In this document: in pieces, positions 24,331 to 36,523 of the stretch | How the letters are laid out: every line of letters starts with the position of its first letter | Numbering within the stretch: the first letter of the stretch is position 1 | NCBI GenBank assembly: GCA_030704615.1 | Contig: CM060731.1 | Span: forward strand, 82,274,001-82,338,000 | DNA length: 64,000 bases | Origin: Takakia lepidozioides | Lineage: Eukaryota; Plantae; Bryophyta | Direction of reading: 5' to 3' | Notes under the pieces: generated by a model | Databases searched by the model: none | What the model was told of the DNA's origin: nothing | What the model saw: only the letters and a program-made list of their open reading frames with translations | Made by a program: the position numbers and the translations under genes

Positions 24331-26412
24331 GCAGATAATCAACTGCTCGATTGGCCTGCATTATGACGATCTCCTGACAAAATTCAAACTAGCAAGAAAG
24401 ATCATGTTCAATTTTCCCCACCCATTCGCACTGGGGTGTGCCATGTGTTTGTGCTTTTGTGAAGATCCTCTCTCACATCCAACGCCTGAAGCTCCATCAA
24501 CTCAACATGGGTTACAGGAAGATCCCATTTCGCAACCAACACCTGAAGCTCCTGCAAGCCGTTTGTCTGGAACAATGGAAAGAGACGGCAGTGAGATGAA
24601 TGTTGGGGCATTTGAGGGAGGTTGGAGTGAAATCATGTTCAGAAAACGTTCTTGAGCATGGGAGGCTTCACAAGTCCCTCCCCCCACTATAGCTACTAGT
24701 TCTATATACCACCTCCTCACCGTTCCAAATGCACTGCATGTCTGGAGACCTGCCAAAGGAATTATGGTCAGCCTTTGCAATCCCTAACTGCCCTGTCTCA
24801 GGCAAAAGGAGGCTGAGATTGTGAGCAATTTCTAGGTGAAGACAAGGACCGATTTTCATGTACATAAGCAAGCATCCATGACATACAGCTGCCTGAAGGA
24901 ATAGGAACAAAGAGGGGCAGTGGACATCGGCAATCTACTGCTAGCCTAACTCTAAATGAGTGGAGAGAAGAGAGCTTTTCTTAGTAGTTGCTGAGATTGA
25001 CCAATGGGTTTCTGCCTCTAGTCTGGTTCAAATGGTGATAGTTTGGTAGTTTGTCGAAAAGGCATGGAGATGTTTAATAGAGTACATCCAGCATCTCTAC
25101 CAAGTTCAACTAGACTACATACAGCAATCTTTTGGTACTCGATCCGATGTGGTCAGGAGATCTGGAGGTATTCATTGGTACTTCAAACTGCGCAAAAAAC
25201 TAGCGTTTACCCCCTCTTCATGTTTGAGCCCGTCAGTACTCTCTCTTTGTGGCATGTTGATTGTTCTGTTCTACATATACAGAGGGGAGCAACCACCAAT
25301 GAAGTGTTTGCTTGCCCATGTTCGGGCCAGCAATTTGTTTTGCTCTTTCGGTTGGTGAAGCGTTGATGCTTTGCTTGCAAAGATCTGACAGCAGCCGCTT
25401 GGTGTGGGAAACTGTTGGTTGACCACTTACCATGTTTTTCAATTCTGTGGGTGCATCTGCTTGCCTCAGGCTTTGTGCCCCGGGTGTCAACAGTAGGAAT
25501 TCAGGACGCGGGATGAAGGAGCAGGACCTTGTGCATTTTGCTATGGAGATGATCCTAGCTGTGACGTGGTCCATCATTCTCTGGATTGGTGCCTGTGTAC
25601 TACCTCTCTGATTCTCTCCATAGCTGGTACAAATATGCCAACAGATGCTCCCTTTTCTTTCCATTTGGGTGAATTTTTGGGGCCAAGCAGCCTTGTTTTT
25701 ACATTTCAAGACCTCTCTCTTTCACTCTTTGCCTCCTTGCCAGTGCAGCCATTTCTTTCAAGCTCTCTTTTCCCATCCCCCCCTCATTCTTCCTTTTCCA
25801 ACTCAACATTCTTAGCAACATGTAGACACTTGGATTTACCAAAATATTTGTTGCTGGCAATATGATGCATGACCTTGTTGCAAATGCTTTGTGGATGAGG
25901 GACAAGCTTGGTTGTCCTTGTATTAACGTAGTGCTGTTGAACTTTATTGGCAGATGAAAAGATTTGAGAGTCATGGGCAGTCTGATGGGCGGTGGCAAAC
26001 TCTGGTTATGGCTATGAGCCATGATCACACTGGCCTTGCTCTGGGAAGGTGATTTTATAAACAGCTGGGGGACCATCACGGAATACTGTCCATGTCATTG
26101 TAGTTTCCAACAGGGCTGCCAATTTCATGATGGGAGTGTTGTGAATCTACTACTCTTCTTTTTGGGAAAGGCTTGAGGAAGACAGGGAGCTGCTTATTGT
26201 TACCAGGTAGACCAGACCATCTCATATTCAGCCGGTTACAACTATGGATGCAGCAAACCCATCCAGTCCTACTTTTACTAAGCAGGGAAGGAAAGGCGTC
26301 TAGAATACTGTTGTTTAAAAACAAGATGGCAATGAACTGAAGAACACACCGCACTTGAAATTGGGTAGTATTCGAACCAAATGATTCAGACAATCACATG
26401 TTCAAGGGGAAC

Positions 26413-28224
26413 TTACTTCAGTAATCTCTTAGGGCGAGGAGGCAGCCAACCCCCCAGACAAAGCAATGAATGTAAACTAGGATAGTAAGGGCGCAAGGAT
26501 GTTGTCTGCGCAAGTCTTTTGACCCTTCTGCCCTTCTTCTTCGATCTCAAAGAAGTACGTAGAGGTGGAATGGATGTAGAGATTCCCATTTTGATCGGAC
26601 GTGAACCAGGCAGTCTCAAGATATCCAGTCCATAGTCGCAAATGGCCATGTGACGCTTTAACCAATTCTTTCCAAGTGTGATGTTGTAGATTTGACCTGG
26701 TAGAACATTCAGCTCATCACAGATCTCGAGGTCACCAATGTGCATGGTAACAATACATGTGCGCTCTGGGTACCTTTCTACATGTGTGTTAGCAAGAGTC
26801 ACCACTAATACATCTTCCGTGTACCAAGTCTCAAGCTCCAACTCCCGCGCAAAGCTCTCAGTGATGGCCGAAATAGACGATCCCGTGTCCAGCAGCATGG
26901 TTGTCTCCACCCCATTCACTTTTCCACATATGAGGGCCACAGACTCTTCCGATTCCAACCATGAAGTAGCCGCTGCATAATCTTTCTCGTCGCCATTGAA
27001 CCAGTGGTCGAATTCTCTCTCGAATTCCTCGTAAGGATCTCCTTTCCTGGGCCTCCTTAGGGCGGAGTCTTCTGTGTCTGTGGACGAAGAAGCTGTTCGA
27101 CCCAGTTCATAGTTAGACCTGCAGCATTGGCAGTCGCATTCTCCATCGAAACTATCGTTCTCAAAGGGATTTGCAATTTTCTTTGGCCTCTTGATCCGAA
27201 AACTCATTTGTGCACTTTGACTGGCCCTGGCACCTCTACCAGCTTTTCTGTTGGCTCGGAAACTGCAGTATGGTCTACTCCGACATTCATCGCTAAAGTG
27301 TCCCAGGCTTCCACAGATGAAGCAGTATGTTGGCAGATTGTTGGTGCGCTTGCCTTTGAAGCCTTGATTGACCCGGTTAACGTTGATGCATGACCCGAAA
27401 TGTGCACCACCATGTGGTTCAAGCAGATCCAACTTGTGGAACTTGCATGGACTAGAAGCACATGGAGATCCACATTCTCTATCAACTTGACAGAGGATGG
27501 GCTCTGTAGAAGAAAGGCCCCTTTCCAATGAAATCGGTACCTTCACATCGAATGCTCCAGAAATTGTACCTAGAAACTGTTGAATAACTGATTGATCCGT
27601 TGTCGAAATAGCTTGTTCAGGTGACATGAATCCTTGATCAACTTCCCCCGAATCTAGAGTTTTCAATTTCTTCTGTCTATCGCCAACTTCATGCCGATGC
27701 GCAGTTTGGGTGGTCTCATAGAAGTCGAGGTCGGGGTGTTTGTCTCCATTACCATCATCACACTCATTACAAAGATGTCCTGGGCTGCCGCACAAAAGGC
27801 AATACATGAATTGCTCAGACGGCAACTGCGGCGATTTTGTCATGGCTTCAGCCTGAAACGTGGAGATACTGCGTTCAGTCCCAAAGCGACAACCATGTCG
27901 GGGCTCAAGCACATTTCGGAATCTGTATAGACTAGTTACTGGAGAGGAAGATGCTGGACGTACTTTGCTCAAAATTTTAGTCCAGGGAATGCCAGTGTAC
28001 TCTGCCCAACGGGGAGACTGTTTCAATCCTGGACCTGTGGATCTCAGACACAAAGATTGATTGCTCGATCTGCAGCTTGACGTCCATGAATCCCAAGTTC
28101 TGTGTGTTCTAAGTGCAGATTCCACATCTTTTGTGGACATAGGGAAAGTCGACATGCATACATATGGCACTCGATTTCTCCTTAAACTACATTTAAAACT
28201 CTCAACTGCAGAATCTGTGCCCAT
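26413..28224 (-). CDS. 603-aa protein with two CCHC zinc knuckles and a retroviral-type (A2) aspartic protease domain
   Basis: CLLCGSPGHLCNEC and CFICGSLGHFSDEC; GKVNGVETTMLLDTGSSISAIT...ITLGKNWLKRH. The ORF is uninterrupted, and no RT or integrase is seen nearby. Confidence 0.65.
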   Translation of the reverse strand: MGTDSAVESFKCSLRRNRVPYVCMSTFPMSTKDVESALRTHRTWDSWTSSCRSSNQSLCLRSTGPGLKQSPRWAEYTGIPWTKILSKVRPASSSPVTSLYRFRNVLEPRHGCRFGTERSISTFQAEAMTKSPQLPSEQFMYCLLCGSPGHLCNECDDGNGDKHPDLDFYETTQTAHRHEVGDRQKKLKTLDSGEVDQGFMSPEQAISTTDQSVIQQFLGTISGAFDVKVPISLERGLSSTEPILCQVDRECGSPCASSPCKFHKLDLLEPHGGAHFGSCINVNRVNQGFKGKRTNNLPTYCFICGSLGHFSDECRSRPYCSFRANRKAGRGARASQSAQMSFRIKRPKKIANPFENDSFDGECDCQCCRSNYELGRTASSSTDTEDSALRRPRKGDPYEEFEREFDHWFNGDEKDYAAATSWLESEESVALICGKVNGVETTMLLDTGSSISAITESFARELELETWYTEDVLVVTLANTHVERYPERTCIVTMHIGDLEICDELNVLPGQIYNITLGKNWLKRHMAICDYGLDILRLPGSRPIKMGISTSIPPLRTSLRSKKKGRRVKRLAQTTSLRPYYPSLHSLLCLGGWLPPRPKRLLK

Positions 28225-29693
28225 ACTTGCGATCGAACTGGTATATTAGGCACCAAGAATATTTCAGATCCTAGCAACCTCTTGTCAGCTAGAGTATATG
28301 TTAAGAGTAAGTCTAGGCTAGCCGTGAGGCAGCGTGCACGAAACAAATTAATCATGGCCCCATTTCTTCCTCAGTTGAATTAGAAGCTTCCTAGAAGAAA
28401 GGAAGGCCGGGGCGTCTGGACAGCTTCAAATGCTTTGTAAAAGTTTTAGTCTTGAATTTGAGTCCTCAATCAGGACTGCTGGAATCCTGATTGATCATTC
28501 ATGTCATATACACCTCCAGATGGGTCTCTGCCCAGCCACCAGATCTGATGGATTGATTCTAAATTTACTAGTTGGGCCATCTGAAGCTCTGTGGACTGGG
28601 TGCAGAGATTTCTTCGCCATATATACAATTCTACAATCCATGATCTTGATCAACACTAAATAACGACTGTGTTAAATTCAAGACCAGATAATTTCTTGCT
28701 CGCCGCGGGGAGGTTTCAGATTCGTCACTTCCTCTCTGGATCAACTCTAAGCATGACTTTCTTCTGTTTTTCACAATGACACACGTGCATGATGGGCGAA
28801 GCTTCAGGGCTGGCAAATTGGAATGAAGGGGTTCATCAGCGATCAACAGTTGCAACTGGCGACTCCCCGTTGCGCCAAACGTCTTGCCGCTTCAGGGATC
28901 TTCCTATAACTCGAGATAGTCAACACTTCATTCGCTGTTTGCCTTTCTCATCTAGATGCACTGTGGACTTTCAACTGCAAATTGTGGCAAGGTCATCCTT
29001 GATTATAAGCAGTCACCATCCACATGACAATTCAGTCTAAAAATGTCTGACGATACATTGAAATGCAATCCAATGTATGTAACTTGGAACGAGTTGGAAG
29101 ACGGGCCGATGGCTGTCCGAATGCACACATTGGAAAAAAACTTGGGCACGTATCAATGATGATCATGATCCTCACTCAACCAGAACTTACATTTATGACA
29201 CTTCTTCAGGATCAAAACTTAGAACTCCATTACGACTTGTCCCAACTGTCAAACTGTGCACATTAAAATTATGTCTCTAGAGCTGTCTCAATGGACTGGA
29301 GAGCTCACTAATCATCAAGAAATGGACCTAAATTGTCAGTTTCAGCTGCGAGACTCCTGTCAAGGGTGGTTAAATGTTATTCTACGAAATCTGAGTTTTT
29401 TAGTTTTGGACTCGCTTGTAAATTTGGACTCGCTCTCACTTTATTTTCCAGCTTCTTTCAAACACGTATACTGTCGGTCTCCTAACACACCACAAATTAT
29501 GTCTAGATTATGATCACTACAGAGAAATTCGTGTTGAGCGACCAGCATTCGCCAAGAAGCTTTGAACAATCTGTATTTATTTTGAGTTTAGAAACCCGCT
29601 CGAATCCCGTATTGATGGTCGGAGTTTGAGCTTGAGACTGTAAATTCTCCAGGCCCTGACATCGTATTTGAAAACCCGGAATTTTGTCTTTGA

Positions 29694-30452
29694 TCACCTG
29701 GGACACAGCTGTCCAGATTTGGACAACGCTTCACATTCTTCCCTCAAGAGCTCCAGCACGAATGTTTCCTCGTCCACTACATGAATTACTGACTCGCTCC
29801 TCTCGAGCTTCAGTTTCATTCCATAGAAAAGTCGCATGACAAACTTATCGATGTTGCTCTCATATTCATCTCCGAAGCATTGCTTCCTCCTATTTTTTAG
29901 CTCAGAACAGCCCATAACAGAGGCTCTCCAGATATAGGGGCCAAATTTCTCATTGGGATATCTCCTATGTGCACAAGAAAGCCATTCTTCCAACCTACCT
30001 TGCCTGAAAGCTTGCCTGTCTGACTGTTGGATATGCCTCAAAATTGGATGGTTATTCCAGTCAGGTGGATTTGCACAAGATTCTCCCATGTAAAACGTTC
30101 GTCGATCTATCCAAGTCATTCCAGGGCGGCCCTCTGATTTGTAGGCCCCCTCATGAGAATTTTTCTGACGTCCTGCCTGTTCATATTTATAAGAATTCAC
30201 ACGCCCTCGATCACTTTCCTGAGGACTCACACGGCCATGATCGCTGTCATAAGGGGTCCGACAACCATCACGTTCATAAGGATTCGCACCACCATCATTT
30301 TCATAACATGGGTTACTTGCTTTCCCAATCGTTGAATAGTCTGGATCCGGAGAGTCGCAGTTGGATCTGGAATATTGGCGTGGGCTTAGCTGCTGGGGTG
30401 TAGGTCGTGTATCCGTGTCCCAAGGCGAATCCATGAGTACCCGCAACTGCAA
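29694..30452 (-). CDS. Hypothetical protein or exon (252 aa)
   Basis: Long ORF with repetitive (A/V)xPYE(R/S)DxGR units followed by a globular-looking region; same strand and upstream of the knuckle-protease ORF. Confidence 0.3.
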   Translation of the reverse strand: MQLRVLMDSPWDTDTRPTPQQLSPRQYSRSNCDSPDPDYSTIGKASNPCYENDGGANPYERDGCRTPYDSDHGRVSPQESDRGRVNSYKYEQAGRQKNSHEGAYKSEGRPGMTWIDRRTFYMGESCANPPDWNNHPILRHIQQSDRQAFRQGRLEEWLSCAHRRYPNEKFGPYIWRASVMGCSELKNRRKQCFGDEYESNIDKFVMRLFYGMKLKLERSESVIHVVDEETFVLELLREECEALSKSGQLCPR

Positions 30453-32841
30453 AAGGTAGCCAAGATGGAGAGAAGTGTGCGTGAGAAGGATTGACAGATG
30501 AGATTTGCTCTAGAGATAGATCTATGCCTGGCATCAGTTGACAGATTCCTGAAGAAACATGGCTTCAAGCCACTGTCTGGCGACATATGGAAGGACAGAA
30601 CGGAGATCTGTCTCGGTTGAGGGATCTGGGGGACGTGGGACGCAGACAGTTGGCCCACTGTATCTAGAGTGAAGTTGTCTTGGAGTTCGATGTGTGCGAG
30701 AGATGTACCTAACAAGCTGAGAAAACTTGGAAATTGCCAGTATACAGTACAGATTTAATTTTCCCCGGGAGCATCTTTATCGATGTAATCAGAGGAACTC
30801 TGATAAAAGTTTGAATTAGTCATAAATGGTTTAAATCTTGACCCCGTTCCAAACGTATCCACTAGCTCTCACTGGATCTCTCTCAGCGACAAGCTTTGAG
30901 TCTCCCAAAAAGACATACACCTCCTCCATCTCACACTCTCTACAAGAGAAAACCAAGAAGCGCATCAAACCGCTCGGAAACGGGAAGCCTTGTGATAAGC
31001 TGCTAAGCACACTCCGCTAGCGCTGAGACCTAATCCATAACCCGAACAGCCCTTCCAAATTTCTCTTTTTCTTACATTTTCTCCACACATACACTAACCC
31101 AGCTCTAGTCAAAACCCAAACTGTAGCAATATACCTGATTGCAGCCTGGGACTCCTGCAGCGCTTGATGCAAAAGTGGGCACTCAACCCAGACTCTCACT
31201 AGCTGCGTCTTAGAAATTTATTCCTGGTATCATAAGCAAGAGCTTTCCGCCGAGGCTATGAAGTATCAATTCATTTCTTTCTTTCTCTGTCTCTCTCGGG
31301 TGAAGAGCCGTTACGGCAGACGGTTGCAACGGCACCAGGGAAAGAACTGTCCGCAGTGGGCATCCCCTCAACTGCTCCCATCCACACATGGCCTCCGGTG
31401 TTGCCATCGAAACTTGTTCCCAACAAGCAAAGCAACATAGCAAAATGATTGCCTCCTCATCGCAGTATGTACTTGGCTATACACAGATTGCCTCTACCGA
31501 CGAGCTGGGCTCCTTGCACTCACCACTCAGGTTTGCGGTGGATCACGGGTTCTCGCCGGAAGACAATGGCAATGAGGTCACAACTTATTACTGCGAGCGC
31601 GTCAGGCTCTGACACCCCACGCCGCCGGTTTTCCGCCTCCGGCAGCCATCGAAAGGCAGCCGGCAGGGCTCCGTCAAATCCTCCCCACCTCTGCTCTCAT
31701 CCCATCGGCGGGGTTCCATCAAATCCTCCCTACCCCCGCTCTCATCCCATCGGCGTCCCCGGCTGCCCGCGTCGTCGCCCTGCGACCAGTCCGCCAGCTC
31801 CCTGCAACCCCCGACACACGTTACCCCATTACCCTATGTAACCCGCCTCAATGTTACCCCGCCGCATGTCAGCCCCTATAACCCCAGCTCGTGTAACCCG
31901 CACCGTGTAACCCCGCGTCATTTAACCCCAGCTCCTCCTGTCGCCCTATTTAACCCTACATCGTGTGACCCTGGCCCATCTGAGCCTCGTGTCACCCTCT
32001 GTCACCCCCACCCTTGTAACCCAAAACCCTACCAATGTCACCCCGCCGCATGTCACCCTCTGTAGCCCTGGCTCATGTAGTCGCATTGTGTAAATCCCCA
32101 TTGCCAGTTCCACCAGCCCACCAGTTCCATGTAATTCCACCTCATGCAAGCAACCCTTCTAATGTAAACCCTGCCACATGGGGGGGGGTTACCGAGGGTG
32201 ACCACCTTGGGTTATGGTGGACACGGTGGTCTGGGGTTACATACGGTGACACAGATTGCGTTATGGTGGACATGGTGGTCTGGGGTTACATACGGTGACA
32301 CAGATGTATTTTTACATAGGATGACGCACTCGAGGGTTATTCGAGTTATTCGATGCTCACCTGGGATGGCGTGACACAATGTAGGGTTACATAGGGTGAC
32401 ACTTGTCGGGGTTATAGTCTTTGGGGTAACACAATTTGGGTTACATGGGTGGGTGACATGGTCATGGTCACATGAGCCGGGGTTAAGGGGGGGGGGGAAC
32501 ACAAGGCTCACATGGGGTGGGGGAGATGTATGGTTACAAAGGGTGACATGATCGGGGTTGGAGGTGGCGAGGTTTCATTGGTTGGATGAGACACGGCGAC
32601 ATATGGTGACACGAGTCGCGGTTACATGAATGATGTGGGCTTTACACTGTATCTGTTACAAGAGCCAGGATTACAGAGGATTACTCGAGGCTCACATGGG
32701 ACAAGGGGACTCGGTGCAGGGTTACATAGGGTGAGAAGAGTTGGGGTTACACTTTGGATTGTGGGGTGGGGGTTACACGGTCCGGGTTACATGAGGCGAG
32801 GTAACCTTGGTAGGGTTACATGAGGCGGGTTACATGGGTGT

Positions 32842-33112
32842 CGTAAAGCACTACCAGAAAAATTTTAGTGTATTTGGACGTCCGCTTATTCACGTGAAGA
32901 TTTGAGGCAAGTCGCGATAGGGCATTACGCTTTTGGTGAACATCCCACGACAGGCTGTCCAGGGGATTATGCTTTTTGTGACATCCCGCGCCAGCCTGTC
33001 CACGGCGTTACGCGTTCTGTGAACATCCTGCGACAGGATGGACCACTTGAATGATGACGCGTCAGCAAAGAATGATGACGTTAACTGAAAAAATTTCTGT
33101 CCGTGCTTTACG
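32842..33112. mobile_element. MITE nested in the foldback element
   Basis: TIR CGTAAAGCAC..CAGAAA.ATTTT at both ends; three tandem units of about 41 bp inside. Confidence 0.6.
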
Positions 33113-33114
33113 CT

Positions 33115-33224
33115 GGGTAAGTCCCTGGACCTCGGGCATTCACTGAATTTCTGGCACCTACTCGGGCTGCGGGCCTCGTAGTTGCCCTCAAATCAGGGAA
33201 TGCCCTCGGTCCAGGGACTTACCC
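33115..33224. repeat. 110-bp hairpin (mini-MITE)
   Basis: GGGTAAGTCCCTGGACC ... GGTCCAGGGACTTACCC is a perfect 17-bp stem that continues imperfectly to the centre. Confidence 0.8.
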
Positions 33225-35035
33225 TATACGTGATTACGGAATCTGTCCCCCCATACTTTATTTATCTATTATTCTTAATATTGGGCAGACGATTTTCAAA
33301 CTTGGGCAGCGAGCTACAACGACGTGACAATGAAACCCTAGTGGCAACGCAGAGGAGAAACGGGCAGTATCGAAAACGGGGCAGCTTCGTTTTTTGCGAA
33401 AGGTAAAGGCCTCGCCCTTGGACTTTCCTGGATTACATAGACGGGGTTACATTGGTAGGGCTACAGGGAACTGGTGGAGTGGTGCAACTGGCCGACCCGT
33501 GTCGCAGGGCGACGACGACGCCGCCGATGGGATGAGAGCGGGGGTGGGGAGTATTTGACCGAGCCCTGCCGCCTGCCGGAGGCGCAAAACCGAGGGTCTG
33601 ACGCGCTCGCATTAAGTTGTTACGTCACTCCTATAATCTTCCGTTCGCGCCCAGTCCCCAGCTCGTACAATAATCCACCTCGAAGTTGAGAGCCACAACG
33701 CAGGGAAAGAACTGCCCACTTGTCCCAACCTTCTCTCTGCAAGCATGCCTGATGAAGGGATTTGTCTCGAGTATGATGCAAAAAACAAAATAAATAAAAA
33801 ACAAAACTACAAAAAATATCTTAGATCTCTCATTTACGTTTTGGGGCCTGAAAAGGGCTGTTGACCACTGACGTGGCAGGTAAACAAGCCCAAAACAGAT
33901 TGCACTCCAAAGGCCATTTTTGGCAGAAAATTAGCAATTTTGGAAAAAACACTTCACCTTGTGGTGTGAGCATTACATACACACATCTATCATTGGCTTT
34001 TAAAAAATTTGTAGAAAAAAAAGTACTTCATTTGGAGGCACATTTTCTATTGTCAATTTTGAGATTTCAACCCCCATGTAATTGCATGAATAGCAAGCAT
34101 AGGTGAAAAAATCAGTTGGACCTGCAATTTAGTGGGGTTATGGCCACTCCACTATTGATTTGAAAATGGTGGGTCTTGGGGCAAGCAAAATTGGATAGAG
34201 CTAGGTTTTGATTTGGTCAAACCAATCTCTTTCTCACTTTTTCTTTGGGACCTGATATTTGAGGTCCGGGCCAACGCTATAATCTCACAATTTCCACGGT
34301 GGACTTGGCTCATTTTTTGGTATGTCATGCATAAATGAGCTGGGCCCATTGCTATAAGGCTGGAATCTGTGGATGATTTTTGGTAAGTTTCTAGGGCAAT
34401 TTACTGCAGCTGGGGTACCCAAAATTGGTAAAAAGTCAAAAAAGGGCTTGGGATTAAGTTGTGGATATTGTGGGATTTGAAAGGGGAGTAAATATCTGCC
34501 CTGAAAACTTCCATCTCTGGTTGTTATGAGTTAACAACATCCGCAACGAAAGCTTTGTTGGCTAAAGGATCTGCAAGCTACAACTCGTTGGATCACCCCA
34601 CTGCATGGCTAGTAAGGGATGCATGCCGCATGTGATGGGCAATGAAAGCCTACCTACTTGAAGGTTGAATATTATACATTCACAATCACCATGAATAGAA
34701 CGATTTTGCGGGAGGCATCTGATCTGACTCCCGGGTGATTAAACAAACTCTGTTTTACCAAATTGTAATGACACGCTATTTCATTGCTAGTGTGTCAAAT
34801 GTCTTGCACCTGCCTGTGTGATGGTGCCCACAAATGCAAAAGTGAGTACATGCTATGCTCTGTCATGTGGGGTCATGTGTGAGTGATCCTGCAGTGAAGA
34901 GAGAAAAGACAGCCAGCAGAGGACATAGCAAAGCTTCAAGCGAAATCCAGAAAAGGGTAATGATATTGTGAAACAATACGCGTCTCAAGTCCTGCATTGG
35001 CTGCTGATACGCAAGCAGGCAAAAGCGCAAAGACC

Positions 35036-36523
35036 TTACACAAAAACATGTGCATTTGGCTGAAAGCCTGCTTCGGACAAGAGAATTGCAGTGGGCAGAC
35101 GCCGACGTCGTCCCCTACAGACGTTCGGAAGAGATGAATGGTGGAAATTCCGAACTCCCGTGAACGGAGAGCTGGGTAGCCAAGCCCAAGTTCCGTGAGT
35201 TATACTGAAGACAAGCACCTGGAAGCTTGTCACGTCCAGGAGGCAGATTTGATCACCTTGCCCAACACAATTGTACGTTCGGAGCTGGTAACCTGGCTTC
35301 CATCCCTGTGCAGAAGAGGTATCCAGTAACTTCCCGACTTCTATCCTCTTTCCTGTTGTGGCATCCAGCCTGTGAACGACAACGCTGGGCGCCATTGTGT
35401 AATCATCTTTCTCGCCTACTACCATGAAAACAGCGCCCAAGCACTCCACCACATGTGCGTTGGTTAAATGCAGAGGTCCTTTCTTGGTCTTGCACTCGGG
35501 CAACGCCATCCAATTCCCACTGAAATCATAAATTACCAAACCCCGAGAATATAACTCCTCTTCATCCTTGTCCTCCACAATAGCTTTCTCTGTTGCAACA
35601 CAATAGAGAATGTTATTGCAGAACGCCCCATTTTGAGGATTGAAGAACACTCTCAATTTGTACAGAGGCATGCTGCGCTCTGTCGTCCAGGAATCCCTTT
35701 GAGAGTCGTAGAATTCCGCATAGGCACGCATTTTATGATCGTACAGCGCTACTATAACTTGGTATGAGCCGGTACATTTGTTCACCACCATGTGAGTAAA
35801 GATCCAAGCAGAGCCGATTTGTGGTCTTGACATCACTAGCATGGAGGGTAGCTCCTTGCATTGCTGCGTGACTGGGTTGCAGACAAACAGGGTGGCCCTC
35901 CCACTAGCATCCATGTCCCGGAAGCATAAAAGACCTCCATCTCCTGTTGCAAACAATTTACATTCAAGCGGAATTAAGAACAGTAGTGCTCGTGGCTAAT
36001 AACTCACTTTGATCTACCGACCAATCTTTCAATCCACGAGGTAGGTGCGTGCAATCCAGTTGCAACTTGTGCCATCGGCAAATCCCTTGGGATGCAGCAA
36101 ACACCAAGACCTGCGTGGAAGAGAGCACTAGCACCTAGGCATGTCAATTCCTCTATTAGATATCGCTGTGAAGTTGAGGGAAAAGCACTGACCTGCCACC
36201 ACATCTTTAGCTCGAGAGGGAAGGCATGTAAGAGGTGGCATGACTAGCCACCGATTTAAGATCGGACTAAAAGCCGTGCATGTCAATTTGTTTCCCATTG
36301 AGAGGAATACGAGAATGTAGGCTGCATGAGAAGAGAGATCCGCCCAAGAAGCAATGTCAGCTCTGATCTCGTGATATTTTTGAGAAAAGATGAAAGCCTG
36401 CCATCGCTTGCACACGGCCAGTGCTTGGAAAAGGCTGGGAATTGGCAGGGATGCTACCACCTTCTCCAGCAAGTCTTCCGGAAGGTTACCCCACAACCCA
36501 GGGCTCATCACTCTCTTGTCCAT
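35036..36523 (-). CDS. F-box protein with a kelch-like/F-box-associated beta-propeller; multi-exon
   Basis: F-box LWGNLPEDLLEKVVASLPIPSLFQALAVCKRW; downstream GGLLCF...FVCNPVTQQCKELP...AEFYDSQRDSWT. Internal splice sites are uncertain. Confidence 0.8.

Larger units (their letters stand above)
31580..33620. mobile_element. Foldback-like element with long imperfect inverted arms and internal GTAACCC/GGGTTAC repeats
   Basis: 31580-31790 is approximately the reverse complement of 33500-33620 (ACAACTTA..TGCGAGCGCGTCAG; CCCCCGCTCTCATCCCATCGGCG; CGTCGTCGCCCTGCGAC). The left half is rich in GTAACCC and the right half in GGGTTAC. Confidence 0.7.

Noticed and set aside
24329-26393. Gene suggested by a 57-bp in-frame duplication and several short ORFs
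   Set aside because: I could not support any coherent exon structure or domain.
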